A stretch of DNA of 64,000 nucleotides from Treponemataceae bacterium. GTDB lineage: Bacteria; Spirochaetota; Spirochaetia; Treponematales; Rectinemataceae. A model generated the notes under the pieces. That model searched no databases. It was not told where the DNA came from and saw only the letters and a list, made by a program, of their open reading frames with translations. Shown here in pieces: positions 29,013 to 43,800 of the stretch; position 1 is the first letter of the stretch, and every line of letters starts with the position of its first letter. The translations under genes and the position numbers were made by a program. Location: NCBI GenBank assembly GCA_963667725.2, contig CAXXHO010000005.1, positions 896,001 to 960,000 of the forward strand. The letters run 5' to 3'.

Positions 29013-30161
29013 CTAAAACCGATAGGTCGCGGCAAGACCTGTTTTCGAAGGCATGCCTTCCGAAGCTACCACAAGGATTTCCCCGCCTTTTTCCGCGACC
29101 AAGTCGCTCAGATCGTCCAACGTGTCGTCCACGCGAGGGTCGGAAAGGTCCCCAAGTTTTATCTTTCCCGTCACCGGGTCGAGCCGGCCGGGGATCTGTT
29201 TCCCGCTTTCGATCAACAGCGTGGCGACCCGTCCAGCCAAAGCCGCCTTGGCAACCTCGGCAAGATTGTCGCTGCCAAGCCCCTTGGAATGGGCTTGCTG
29301 GTATTCATCGCCCGCGGCCTTCAGCCGAGCGGCATACTGGGGCTCAAAATGCTCCCATGCGCGGTCGCTGAGTTCTTCCATGGATACGGATTCGGGATTG
29401 AGCGTTATCCCCTCCGCGGCGAGATAGGGATTCTGGCTGATACGATGGAACATTGCCTGGTGTTCGCTCAATGCCGCGAGGATCAGTGGGAGACCTGATG
29501 GCCGCGAGTAATGTTCCAGTATTCCATGATCGATGACACGGAAGAAGCGCTCGGTATAGCTGTCTATTTCATCGCTTTTGCCGCCCTGCCCATGGTGCAT
29601 CGGCGTACTCTGCGAGCCTATGCCGCCATAGGAGGATACTGTTGAATGCGGCTCGGGCAACTCTTTGCCAAGCGCTTCGGTGATGGTGTGAGGTATCCCA
29701 GGGATGATATCGATTTCGTCAAGACCGTCGCGGTCGCCTTCGAATAGACGGATCGAATGACGGCTCACTCCCAGCACCTGGTATCGCCCCACGCCTTGCA
29801 GAAGCCGTTTGAGCGGCTTGGTATGGAAGCTGTCCGCCACCACGGTCAGCGCGGCAAGCGGGCGTTTTGTCTGAAAAACCTGAAATAACCCGGGCGCCGA
29901 GAATACCGCCAAGCCATCGAAGGTATGATTCCAAAACTCGGCATCGCTGACGAGTGCCTTGTATGGTTTTAATAGCGCGGCGATTTCAGTCGCCGAATAC
30001 TTTTCCTGGAGCGATTGCTCCAGTTCTTTGACCAAATTCCGAAACAGGATCGGATCCCGCTGATTTTCCGGGTAGTGGCGATGCGTTGGCTGGTACAGCG
30101 ATAGACAGGGTGGTTGTGCGCCAGTGAGTTTCGTGTTGAAGTCTCGGGTAAGTAAATTCAT
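29013..30161 (-). CDS. Bacterial aeRF1-like protein (baeRF family 3-like)
   Basis: CLSLYQPTHR, DGLAVF, FHTKPL, RLFEG, GRVATLLI, GGEILVV, GLAATYRF; ATGA overlap with atpR, AAGGAG RBS. Confidence 0.75.
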   Translation of the reverse strand: MNLLTRDFNTKLTGAQPPCLSLYQPTHRHYPENQRDPILFRNLVKELEQSLQEKYSATEIAALLKPYKALVSDAEFWNHTFDGLAVFSAPGLFQVFQTKRPLAALTVVADSFHTKPLKRLLQGVGRYQVLGVSRHSIRLFEGDRDGLDEIDIIPGIPHTITEALGKELPEPHSTVSSYGGIGSQSTPMHHGQGGKSDEIDSYTERFFRVIDHGILEHYSRPSGLPLILAALSEHQAMFHRISQNPYLAAEGITLNPESVSMEELSDRAWEHFEPQYAARLKAAGDEYQQAHSKGLGSDNLAEVAKAALAGRVATLLIESGKQIPGRLDPVTGKIKLGDLSDPRVDDTLDDLSDLVAEKGGEILVVASEGMPSKTGLAATYRF

Positions 30162-30490
30162 GGGTTAACTCCTTTTGAGATATTGGAAAGCGCCTTTTGG
30201 TCAGCCGGATTCTTGTCCGTGATAGGCGATTTCATCCGCCAGATCAGGGCGAACCGGGCCATGGTGAAACCGATCAGACATGTCAGCAGACGCTGCCAAT
30301 GGCCTGCCGATACAAAGAAAAATCCCGCGATGATAATGCCCGTTCGCAGGAGAAGACTGCCGGAAAACAGCAATGCCGGGTGTTTGGATGAAACACCTTT
30401 TTTCACCGTCCACCAGAGGCCTAAGAAAAAGGAGACACCCAGCGCTCCGCCTGCCAACCATGAAAGAAAAAGCGCGATAGTATCATTCAT
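30158..30490 (-). CDS. atpR: N-ATPase AtpR subunit
   Basis: FFLGLWWTV, SLLLR, GFTMAR: three TM helices with two Arg. Confidence 0.88.
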   Translation of the reverse strand: MNDTIALFLSWLAGGALGVSFFLGLWWTVKKGVSSKHPALLFSGSLLLRTGIIIAGFFFVSAGHWQRLLTCLIGFTMARFALIWRMKSPITDKNPADQKALSNISKGVNP

Positions 30491-30813
30491 TCTTATCTTC
30501 CTTGCTTTCCAGCATTTCCTTGTCTTCCTTAACGACCCAATGCCAGGCATTGAGGCAGCCGATCACAAGCCCGGCCACCAAGAGTGTCAATGTCCACACA
30601 TGGTTGCCTTGGCCGCGCTTGTCCAGCCAGAGACCGATCAGCGCGCCGAGCAGCGTGGGAATAACCACCGACCAGCCGATAAGTCCCATCATGCCCAAAC
30701 CGAACCAAACTCCCTTCGCGGAGTTCCGCCTTGCCTTGAGTTTTCGCGCCGCCTTCGCCTTGATTTCGGAGGCCAAAGTCCCTTTTTCCTCCAAGGGCTT
30801 GGCCGATTCTTTC

Positions 30814-30821
<8 letters not shown>
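30483..30821 (-). CDS. atpQ: N-ATPase AtpQ (AtpZ/AtpI-like)
   Basis: GLGMMGLIGWSVVIPTLLG, WLD, GCLNAWHW. Confidence 0.88.
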
Positions 30822-34989
<4,168 letters not shown>

Positions 34990-35026
34990 GATTTCCGGAT
35001 GCGCCCTCCTTACTGATTTTATAAAG

Positions 35027-36949
35027 CTGGCGTTGTACAGTGCGCGGTATAGAAAATCTTGCTAATACTCTATAAATAATAGAGTTATACGATTGCAGTC
35101 GAAAATCTTTTATACCGCAACAGGATCTCTTGCTACTGTAGCAAGAACTTTCTTTGGTAATTCAATAGTTAAGCGCTTGAAAATGTCCTTCGCCTCGTCG
35201 GAAATATCAGAGCAATACCAGAGGCTTACATTGTCGCTCTCAATAAGCCCTGCAGTAACATCGGACAGAACTTTTTCAATCTGGTACCACGACCGGTCCG
35301 CCATATTCTCTGCATACCGTACCAGCACCATGGCAAGCCAGCAAATAAGAATATGGCTTCGAATACGATCATCAAGTCGGTGGTATATGGGACGAATATC
35401 CAAGGTGTTTTTCATATCCTTGAATACCCGCTCTATGGCCCAGAGCTGCTTATAGCCGGCAACAATATCGGCAGCATCCAGCTTCATGCTGGACGTCGAC
35501 ACTAGAAACTTGCCATCAAGGAGTTCCTCTGAGGCTATCTTGGCGGTGTCGAGGTGCAAGACACCCTTCGTATCCTGCCTAATGTATCTGCCATAGGCGG
35601 AATGAGAGCGTAGCGCACACGCCGCTTTCGTGTGTGCTTTCCCCGTATACTGCGACAGTTCATCAAGCTTGCGCTTCGTAGCATCGACGATTTGTTCGCG
35701 TATGACATGGTCGCGCGTTTCGGCTTCCGGATTCTTGACGATGATGAATCGGCGCTCCGTGGCTTTCCCTGCATCGAGGACGACATCTTTAATCGCGAGG
35801 CCACTTTCCAGGATCCTGAATCGCCCTTTCCGGTGTAGGGCTTCTACCGCGGCGCCATCGGTACCAACGCGGAGCTTTTCGCCGATGATATAGTCACCGC
35901 ATTCCCGTAAAAGGATTCTTCTGTTGTCGGCACTATTGAATCCTGCATCTTGGACCATGACGACATGACCAAGATTCCACTGTCCTAGATCACCTTTCAC
36001 CTGCTCGACGATCGTCTGGTCGCTCGTGTTGCCCGGGAATACCCAGCAGCGAATAGGAATGCCGCTACGCGTCACCGCAAAGGCAATCGAAACCAAGGGT
36101 AGCTCGGGGTGCCCATCCTTGCTGTGGCCACGTTTTAAGAGTCCCGAGCTGGAAGCATCTTCATCGGTCTCGAAATAGGTGTTCGTCGTATCGAGGAAGA
36201 TGAGATCCACGTCGAGATGCGTATTCTTCGACACTTCGGTGAATATCTGCTTCTGGAGTTCCTCGTTCGACGCCACAAGAAGATCCATCGCCCTATAAAG
36301 ATTATGAACGTCTACCTCGTTAAGGTCTTTAATAAAGGCTTTCTTTGAAACCCAGTGCTCAAGAGAAAGCTTCGAACCCGGAGCGAGTATTCTTCCTGAA
36401 ACCATGGCAAAGCAGAGCCGTTCAACGGGTGTGGCGAACTGTCGTTCCTTAAGAAGCCCTTTGATAGCCTTGGCCATGCCGAGTCGATTCCACAAAGCAT
36501 CGAGAAGCCAGGTGCCGCCAAGCTCCCTGCTTGCGTGGAAGTCAAATTCGGCAAACGTCCCGGAAGAAGATTCGCCCAAGACCGCGGACAATGCCTTAAT
36601 GATCGCCTGGATGTAGGAAGGCTCGATCTGATCTTCCCGTCCGAGCTTCATAAGGACATTGGTCTTGGTCTTTCCTGTTTCCTTAACGCGGTAGTTGTGC
36701 ACAAGTTGAAGGTAAGTATAGGTACCGCCTTGAGCATTCTTTAGGGTACATTTTCGTACGTTCATTATACCGCTAATTATACAACATAGTGTTTTATCTG
36801 TAAAGTTTTATTTCGAATATTTATAGATATCTTATACCGCATTTGTATCATGCTTTTTGTACAGTCCGTTTTTAGTTATTTGTTGTCAGTATAATATATT
36901 AAGCTACTTTATTACTTGCTGCTTTATACCACACACTGTACAACGCCAG
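35027..36949 (-). mobile_element. IS1634-family insertion sequence, 1923 bp
   Basis: 25-bp terminal IRs (CTGGCGTTGTACAGTG[C/T]G[C/T]GGTATA, 2 mismatches) at 35027-35051 and 36925-36949; TAAAG target duplication at 35022-35026 and 36950-36954. Confidence 0.92.
35110..36765 (-). CDS. IS1634-family DDE transposase
   Basis: LYRAMD, FLDTT.YFE, GHSKD, FPGNTSD, QDAG, YKQLWAIERVFK, RPIYHR..RIRSH. Confidence 0.9.
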   Translation of the reverse strand: MNVRKCTLKNAQGGTYTYLQLVHNYRVKETGKTKTNVLMKLGREDQIEPSYIQAIIKALSAVLGESSSGTFAEFDFHASRELGGTWLLDALWNRLGMAKAIKGLLKERQFATPVERLCFAMVSGRILAPGSKLSLEHWVSKKAFIKDLNEVDVHNLYRAMDLLVASNEELQKQIFTEVSKNTHLDVDLIFLDTTNTYFETDEDASSSGLLKRGHSKDGHPELPLVSIAFAVTRSGIPIRCWVFPGNTSDQTIVEQVKGDLGQWNLGHVVMVQDAGFNSADNRRILLRECGDYIIGEKLRVGTDGAAVEALHRKGRFRILESGLAIKDVVLDAGKATERRFIIVKNPEAETRDHVIREQIVDATKRKLDELSQYTGKAHTKAACALRSHSAYGRYIRQDTKGVLHLDTAKIASEELLDGKFLVSTSSMKLDAADIVAGYKQLWAIERVFKDMKNTLDIRPIYHRLDDRIRSHILICWLAMVLVRYAENMADRSWYQIEKVLSDVTAGLIESDNVSLWYCSDISDEAKDIFKRLTIELPKKVLATVARDPVAV

Positions 36950-37478
36950 TAAAGGTACTGAAATTGGTTTCGCAATTCTATGTGCCAGCGAAAATAAGGC
37001 TTTTCTTTGCTTTCCCTGCCTTGTTTCGCTCGCAATGCCTCTTATTCAGCGGCTCGTTTTAAGCTTTAGCGATAAGTCCGTACGGGGGTTTGGGATGGCT
37101 ACATCCATACAACCGCGGCCGACAGAAGCCTTTTCTTTTAGGGCGATGAGGCGATGCCCCCTTCAGCCACGGCGTACCACCGCCTCATTGGATCGGAGCC
37201 TTGAAACGAATACCGCAGCGTTTTATGCTTGACACCTTCGACAGGCAGTACTAAAACTCTTTAATTGCTTATGATATTATAATATATCAAAATTATTATA
37301 TAGAAGGCTCTATGCAAAAAAAATGAAAAACTGTGGAAGACAGCCTACTGGCAAACAACAAAGCCACTGACAGTCACAAGAGCCGCGAAACACCGCTCTT
37401 TCAAGAGTTTGGACTCAACATGGGCATGACATCCGCCATCTCAATTGATTTCATCATCGAATAAGAAGGGAGAGCATA

Positions 37479-37949
37479 ATGAAAAAACTGATTAGGGCAA
37501 TTTTTATCGTACTGTTTTTCTGCCTCTTATGCGCCTGCGATCTCAACGTCAATAATGGGATCGCGTCTCTGCATATGACGTGGACTAAGCGGACTGCATC
37601 GGGAAGCCACTATTGGGCTTCCATCGCGAGTTCCTCGGACGGCGCGAAGCTCGCCGCGGTGGATAGAATGGGCGACATCTATACCTCGGCGGATTCAGGC
37701 GCGATGTGGCCTCAGCGGACTGTATCGGAAATCTATAGTTGGGCTTCCATCGCGAGTTCTTCGGACGGCGCGAAGCTCGCCGCGACGACTCTTTATGACT
37801 ACATCTATACCTCGGCGGATTCAGGCGCGACGTGGACGCAACAGTCTGAAGCGGGAAGCCGCTATTGGGCTTCCATCGCGAGTTCCTCGGACGGCGCGAG
37901 GCTCGCCGCGGTGGATGGTATGGGCTACATTTATACCTCGGGAAATTGA
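37479..37949 (+). CDS. Small lipoprotein with three 42-aa Asp-box/BNR-like repeats
   Basis: MKK-hydrophobic-LLCAC signal; WASIASSSDG.KLAA...IYTSADSG x3. Confidence 0.75.
   Translation: MKKLIRAIFIVLFFCLLCACDLNVNNGIASLHMTWTKRTASGSHYWASIASSSDGAKLAAVDRMGDIYTSADSGAMWPQRTVSEIYSWASIASSSDGAKLAATTLYDYIYTSADSGATWTQQSEAGSRYWASIASSSDGARLAAVDGMGYIYTSGN
37578..37940 (+). repeat. 126-bp intragenic tandem repeat (about 3 copies)
   Basis: TGGGCTTCCATCGCGAGTTC recurs at 37614, 37740 and 37866. Confidence 0.9.
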
Positions 37950-38122
37950 GGTTGAATAGGCGAATCTCATTCCGAGCGGGGGCAAGGGGGGCGATGTCGC
38001 TCATCGCGATCAGGGTTTTTCCAACCGCAGCGTTCCCCGACGCAGACTACGACACAGGCGACTCCCTACGCTCCCATCGCCGATAAAGCCTTGATATATC
38101 TGATAGCAGTCTGGAGGATAGA

Positions 38123-39694
38123 ATGATGTGGCGAAAGATTATTGCCGTTGCATTGCTGTGTGGCTTGCTGGCCGCTGGGGCCGGGGCGCAGGAGACATCG
38201 GGTACCAAGGTTCAGGCCGCGGGATCGGGCTTAAGCGGGATCGCGCTGATTTCGAGGGCGGAGGCGCTGCGCGCCGCGGGCGAACTCACCGAGGCCGCAA
38301 GACTTTACAAGGAAGGATTCGCGACACTGAAGGCCGACGATCCTGAAGAGGCGCGCTATTCCCGCATCTGCAGGGACGGGCTCATCTCGATCGATCTCGT
38401 AAGGGCCACGTATTCCCTCGATGAACGGGCGGCCGACGCCGCGCTCGCGACGGCGTACCCCGAATGGGCCGCGGCCGGAGGCAACGCGCAAGGCGCCGCC
38501 AGGGGGCTGGAGCGGTTCATCATCGACGGGAAACCTCTGTACACGGCGGATCTGGTCGACAATGTCCAATTCCGGGACATGAAACTTATGCATGCCGACG
38601 AAAAGAAGAATAGCCTGTACGCGCGGCTTGTGTCACAGATGGTTGAACGCGTTGCCAGCGTTTGGCCGAAGCAGTCGTGGAAAACCTACGACTACCCCGC
38701 GACCTACACAGGTCTGCACACGATCGAGATCCCCCGCGACCGTCTTCCCGCGGCGGGACTTTTCAAGCTTTGGATTCCCCTTCCCATAACCTTGGCCTAT
38801 CAGCAGCCGGCGGAAATTCTGTCGGTGGAACCGGCCGAGTACGTCGCTTTGCCGCCATCCAGCGCGGGAAGGGTGAGCACACTTTACATGGAAATTCCGC
38901 TCGAAAAGATCATGGGGCCGCTTAAAATTGACGTGCGGTTTAAATTCACGCATTACGAACAGCACTTCAAGGTCGAACCGGCGCTCGTCGGCGCGTACAA
39001 CACCGCTGATCCTGAGTATATCGAATACACGAAATCCTCAGGCAACATCGAAGTCACGCCCGAGATACAGGCCACCGCGAAGAAGGTTGTCGGGGACGAG
39101 AAAAATCCCTACCTGGCCGCGCGGAAAATCTACGACTACATGATGAAGACCGTCGACTACAGCTATATGCCACACCTCATATTCGACCCCCGGTCGAGTC
39201 TGACGGAATCGGCGTATGTGCAGGAATACAAGGTGGGCGACTGCGGCTCGCAGGCCATGTACTTTGCCGCGCTCTGTCGGGCGGTAGGGATTCCCGCGCG
39301 GACGCCGGGCGGGTGGCAGCTTTTCACGAACAACTTCGCGAGCCACTTTTGGGCCGAGTTCTATGTGCCGAATTATGGCTGGGTGCCGGTGGATCCGAGC
39401 GCCGGACAGATGTCACTGTATACCGATAGGGTGGATTCAGCTACGCGGCAAGCCTACACGGACTTTTTCTTCGGACGGCAGGACGCGTATCGGTGCGTTG
39501 TGCAGACCAATGTTGATGAGCCGTTCGTCCCGGTCTATCCTGGCATGAGTTTTATTCCCCTCGCGATTCAGAATCCCGTGGCTTCCTGCGACGCGATGGA
39601 CCCCGCGAAGGGTGAGGACGTCCTTTTCACGATGCTGGAGTTTTCCACGCTGAAGGTTGAGAAGGCTGATGTGTCCAAACCACTCGGACTATAG
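38123..39694 (+). CDS. Secreted transglutaminase-like (Cys-His-Asp) protein
   Basis: Signal peptide; GDCG, LCRAVGIPAR, HFWAEFY, GWVPVDP. Confidence 0.85.
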   Translation: MMWRKIIAVALLCGLLAAGAGAQETSGTKVQAAGSGLSGIALISRAEALRAAGELTEAARLYKEGFATLKADDPEEARYSRICRDGLISIDLVRATYSLDERAADAALATAYPEWAAAGGNAQGAARGLERFIIDGKPLYTADLVDNVQFRDMKLMHADEKKNSLYARLVSQMVERVASVWPKQSWKTYDYPATYTGLHTIEIPRDRLPAAGLFKLWIPLPITLAYQQPAEILSVEPAEYVALPPSSAGRVSTLYMEIPLEKIMGPLKIDVRFKFTHYEQHFKVEPALVGAYNTADPEYIEYTKSSGNIEVTPEIQATAKKVVGDEKNPYLAARKIYDYMMKTVDYSYMPHLIFDPRSSLTESAYVQEYKVGDCGSQAMYFAALCRAVGIPARTPGGWQLFTNNFASHFWAEFYVPNYGWVPVDPSAGQMSLYTDRVDSATRQAYTDFFFGRQDAYRCVVQTNVDEPFVPVYPGMSFIPLAIQNPVASCDAMDPAKGEDVLFTMLEFSTLKVEKADVSKPLGL

Positions 39695-39729
39695 CGAGCG
39701 GTAGCCGCTAGCAGAGCGGGGAAAGGAAA

Positions 39730-40737
39730 ATGACGATGAAAAAAATTATGCAAAGGCATCCGGTTACGTCTTTTTTCGTGATCGCGTTCGCGATTTCCTG
39801 GGCGGTATGGCTGTCGCTTCTAGCCGTCCACGGCGCGGAAGGGTCCACCGTCCTGCTCATCATTCTCATCGGGGCGTTCGGGCCCGCCCTTTCGGGCTTC
39901 ATATGCGCCAGCGTCCAGGAACCTGGGAAAAGCGGCGGCCATGGGATGCGCCAATGGATGCTGTGGGCCGCGGCAACCATCGTCATTTTGCCTCTCGCCA
40001 TCAACTGGTCTTTTTTGAAAGGGCACGCGGAGAAAGCAAGTTTTTACTTCCTCGCGTTGATTCTTTCCGGCTTGGCCGGATTCATAGTCTCCGGATCGCT
40101 GTCGCGGCGGAACGGGGTGCGGCGGCTCATGTCCCCGCTTCTGCGCTGGCGCGAGCGGCCTCTCTGGTACCTGTACGCCATCGTTTCATGGCCTGTCGTG
40201 CTTCTCGCCACGAACATGCTCGATATCCTGCTTCATGGAGGCTCGGCGGGAGACTATTTTTCGAGCCTTGGATCGTTCTCGGTCGGCAGGATAATTATCG
40301 CGTTTATGACAACCATGTTCATAGCGGCGCCTTTCCAGGAAGAACCCGGATGGCGCGCCTTCGCACTCGACCGGCTGCAGCGCGGCGCGTATAGCCCGCT
40401 GGTGGCGAGCGCGATCGTGGGGATCATGTGGCAGCTCTGGCATCTGCCGCTTTATTTCGTTGGGCTGTATCCTTTCAGCGTGGCGGACATGCTTTCTAGG
40501 CTCATCACCTTCCTGCCGGGCGCGATCATCTACACGTGGCTCTGGAACCGGACGCGCGGAAACTTCCTTATTCTGGTGCTTTTCCACGCGAGCAACGACG
40601 CTTTCTCGCAGCTTCTGCCCCTGCGGGGAGCCGGCGCGTCGCGGCTGTTCGACATCGTCATCTTCGCGTGGGGAATCGCGCTCTTGTGCTCGGACAGGAT
40701 GTGGAAAAGGATTCCACTCCCGGAAAAGTATCGGTAA
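39730..40737 (+). CDS. CPBP (CAAX/Abi) intramembrane metalloprotease
   Basis: EEPGWR, WHLP, HASND; multiple TMs. Confidence 0.88.
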   Translation: MTMKKIMQRHPVTSFFVIAFAISWAVWLSLLAVHGAEGSTVLLIILIGAFGPALSGFICASVQEPGKSGGHGMRQWMLWAAATIVILPLAINWSFLKGHAEKASFYFLALILSGLAGFIVSGSLSRRNGVRRLMSPLLRWRERPLWYLYAIVSWPVVLLATNMLDILLHGGSAGDYFSSLGSFSVGRIIIAFMTTMFIAAPFQEEPGWRAFALDRLQRGAYSPLVASAIVGIMWQLWHLPLYFVGLYPFSVADMLSRLITFLPGAIIYTWLWNRTRGNFLILVLFHASNDAFSQLLPLRGAGASRLFDIVIFAWGIALLCSDRMWKRIPLPEKYR

Positions 40738-40870
40738 TATATAGAAATCATACCATAAAGATTTTATTTCATTATATTAAAAGAGACAGGCTCATCCCTC
40801 CGACGGACCGGAACGGAATAAGGGTTTCTATTCGGTGTCCCAGGCTGCCAATCATTCTTCTAGGATAAAT

Positions 40871-43800
40871 ATGAAAAAAGGTCTTCTCATTGGATATTTC
40901 CCCGCCCGGCAAGAAGCGATTATCGCGTCCAGGAAATTGCGAAAGCGGGGATTCCGATGCGTGGCAAGGATCAGCAAGAGCGCCGAAGGGGAGATCCAAA
41001 TCGGCAGACCCTTATTACGGCGCTGGCTTTTCGGCGTAAAGAGGAAATTGATAGAAAATCATGGACGCTGGCTCGTCGCTGGCGATACGGCGCTTATCCT
41101 CGTGGCTCCGATTGAAAAATTAAAAACACCGGCCAGGATTTTGCTGGAGAGAGCGGAGGCGATTCCGGCGGTTTTTGTTCTGCATCCCAAACGAGAAAGG
41201 CCAATCAGAGACCGGAGAGAACGTGGATTTGGGGGCTCATTGTTGAGCCCGAATCAACTTCATGAATACGCCTTGCGTCTGGCGGCCGAACACCGACTTG
41301 ACCCCAAGCCCTTGCGGAACACCGATCTGCTCAAACGGTTGGAACGTGGGCGTGAATGGATACAGCGGATATGCCGAGACCTGGGCGAAGCGTCACATCT
41401 GCAGCAAAGCGTGCCGCCGACCGCGGAATGGCTTCTGGACAACGAGTATATACTCGAAAGCAACGCGCGCGATGTACGCCTGAATCTTCCCTGGCCCTTT
41501 TACCGACAGCTGCCGGCTCTCGCGAACGAAAACGACCACGGTCTGCCGCGCGTTTGCAGTTTGGCGCATGAACTGGTCGCCCGTACCGAGCTGTTGGTGG
41601 ATGAACAGAATATCATGTCCTTTATAGAGGCCTATCAATCGGTGAGCTCTCTTTCGATTGGCGAACTATGGGCTGTTCCCCAGATGCTGCGAATGGCTCT
41701 CGTCGAGAGAATAGAAGAACTCGCCGGCCGAGCGCTCACCGAGCTGCGAGAGCAGGAAATCGCGGATTTCTGGGCGCATCGGCTCATCACCACCAATAGG
41801 CGCGAGCCGGGCCAACTGTTCGCGATCATGGCCGAATTGGCCAAAGCGTACCCCTCCCCAAGCCCCTACTTCGCCTCGCAATTGAATGATTATCTTTATG
41901 ACGAAGAAGCGGTGATGGCTCCGGTGAAGGGATGGCTTGAACGCGCCTTCCAAAAATCCTTGAATGAGATAATCCTGCGCGTGAAGAATCAGCAAACCAG
42001 GGATCAAATCTCCATCGGGAACGCTTTTACGAGTCTCCGTCTTCTCGCCGTGCTGGACTGGAAGGTATGTTTCGAGCGGCTCAGCCGGGTGGAAGCGATA
42101 CTCAAAAGGGATCCCGCCGGTATCTATTCCACCATGGATTTTCCCACGCGCGACCGCTATAGGCGGGCGATAGAAGATCTGCGCCGCGGGTCCGGTCTCG
42201 AAGAAGAAAAAATAGCTGAGCGTGTCGTTGAACTGGCTGCGAGCGCTCATGGAGACTCGGCGTTGGACGATCGATCGACTCATATCGGAACCTATTTGAT
42301 CGGCGAAAAGAGAGGCGAGCTGGCAAAATTGATCGGATGCCGGGAAGCTTTGCGCTTTCGCGCTTTACACTGGGCATATCGGCACCATTCGTCGGTTTAT
42401 TTTCTCGGTCTGACGTTCTTTTCGGTCGCGTTGATCATCCTTGCTCTGCGGGCGGGCGCTTTTGCCAGCGGCTTGGGGTTTTGGTTTTTATTCGCGGCGC
42501 TCCTGTTTCTTCCCGCGAGTCAGATATCACTCGAACTGTTGAATACAATTATAATCAAGCTTTTTCCGGTTCGAGCGCTGCCAAAACTCGATTTCGGCGA
42601 GGAGGGGATTCCCCCCTCCTGCCGAACCTTGGTTGTCGTCCCCATGATGCTGGTGGACAAAGCGACGATAAAAGGAGAAGTGGAAAAGCTCGAGATCCGA
42701 TATCTCGCCAACAAAGAGGATAATCTGCTCTTTTGTCTGTTCTCGGATTACAGCGACTCGTCGACCGCCCACTGCGGCACGGACGAGGGGCTGCTGCGAT
42801 ACGCGACGGAGAGTATCCAAGCGCTTAACCAGAGACATGGCGGTAGACGATTCCTGCTGCTGCACCGCGAGCGGAGGTGGAGCGATAGCGAGCGGAAATT
42901 CATCGGCTGGGAGCGCAAACGCGGGAAACTGGAAGAACTCAATAATCTCATCGTCGGCAATCGCCCTCGCGACGCGGAGTCTTTGGTGCGTCTGGGCGAT
43001 CCGGCTGTTCTGACCAGCCTGCGATTTGTCATTACCTTGGATAGCGACACGCAACTGCCTGCCAACGCGGCACGGAGGATGATAGAGACCTTGGCGCATC
43101 CGCTCAACAGGATTCGCTTTGATGAATCGGGCCGGATCCTGTCCGGTTATACCATAATTCAGCCGCGCGTCAGCCCTTCGCTTCCAAGCGCAAACGGCAC
43201 TCCTTTCAGCCGGCTCTTTTCTGACCCAATCGGCATAGATCCCTATACCAACACCGTCTCCGATGTATATCAGGATCTTTCCGGAGAAGGCTCCTATCAC
43301 GGGAAAGGCATCTATGACGCGCGAGCCTTCAATAAAATAGTATCCGGAAAATTCCCGGAGGCGCTGCTGCTCAGTCACGATCTGATCGAAGGAGCCCATG
43401 TCCGGGTGGGCTTCGCCTCCGATATCGAACTTTACGATGAGTTTCCGCAAGATTACCTGAGCTACGCAAAGCGGCAGCATCGATGGATCCGCGGCGATTG
43501 GCAGATTGCCGATTGGATGATGTCCCGAGTTCCCCAGGCCGACGGCGGCAAGGGCCCTAATCCACTCTCGTGGCTCGATCGATGGAAAATCTGCGACAAT
43601 CTGCGCCGCAGCCTGCTTCCCGTGGCGAGCCTTGCCCTCTTGATAAGCGCATGGCTTGTTTCCCCGCGGGCCGGCGTGGCCGCAAGCATGGTGGTCGCGG
43701 CACAGCTTTTCTTCCATTCCTTGGTGCAGCCATTCGCCTGGGCGGCCAGCGGAAGGGGATTCAAAAGGGCTTCGATCGAGAAAGCGGCGCATGATCTGCT

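Noticed and set aside
36972..36988. sigma54-like TGGCAC...TTGC on the minus strand, upstream of the IS-interrupted xfp leader
   Set aside because: GG to GC spacing is 11 nt rather than the strict 10, so it is not called as a promoter
37312..37464. Short frame ATG-CAA-AAA-AAA-TGA continuing open for about 45 codons (readthrough or phase variation?)
   Set aside because: No recognisable homology or recoding signal; likely chance
37578..37940. Conserved blocks alternating with variable blocks, CRISPR-like at first sight
   Set aside because: Period is 126 bp, in frame within a lipoprotein ORF; only three units and no cas genes
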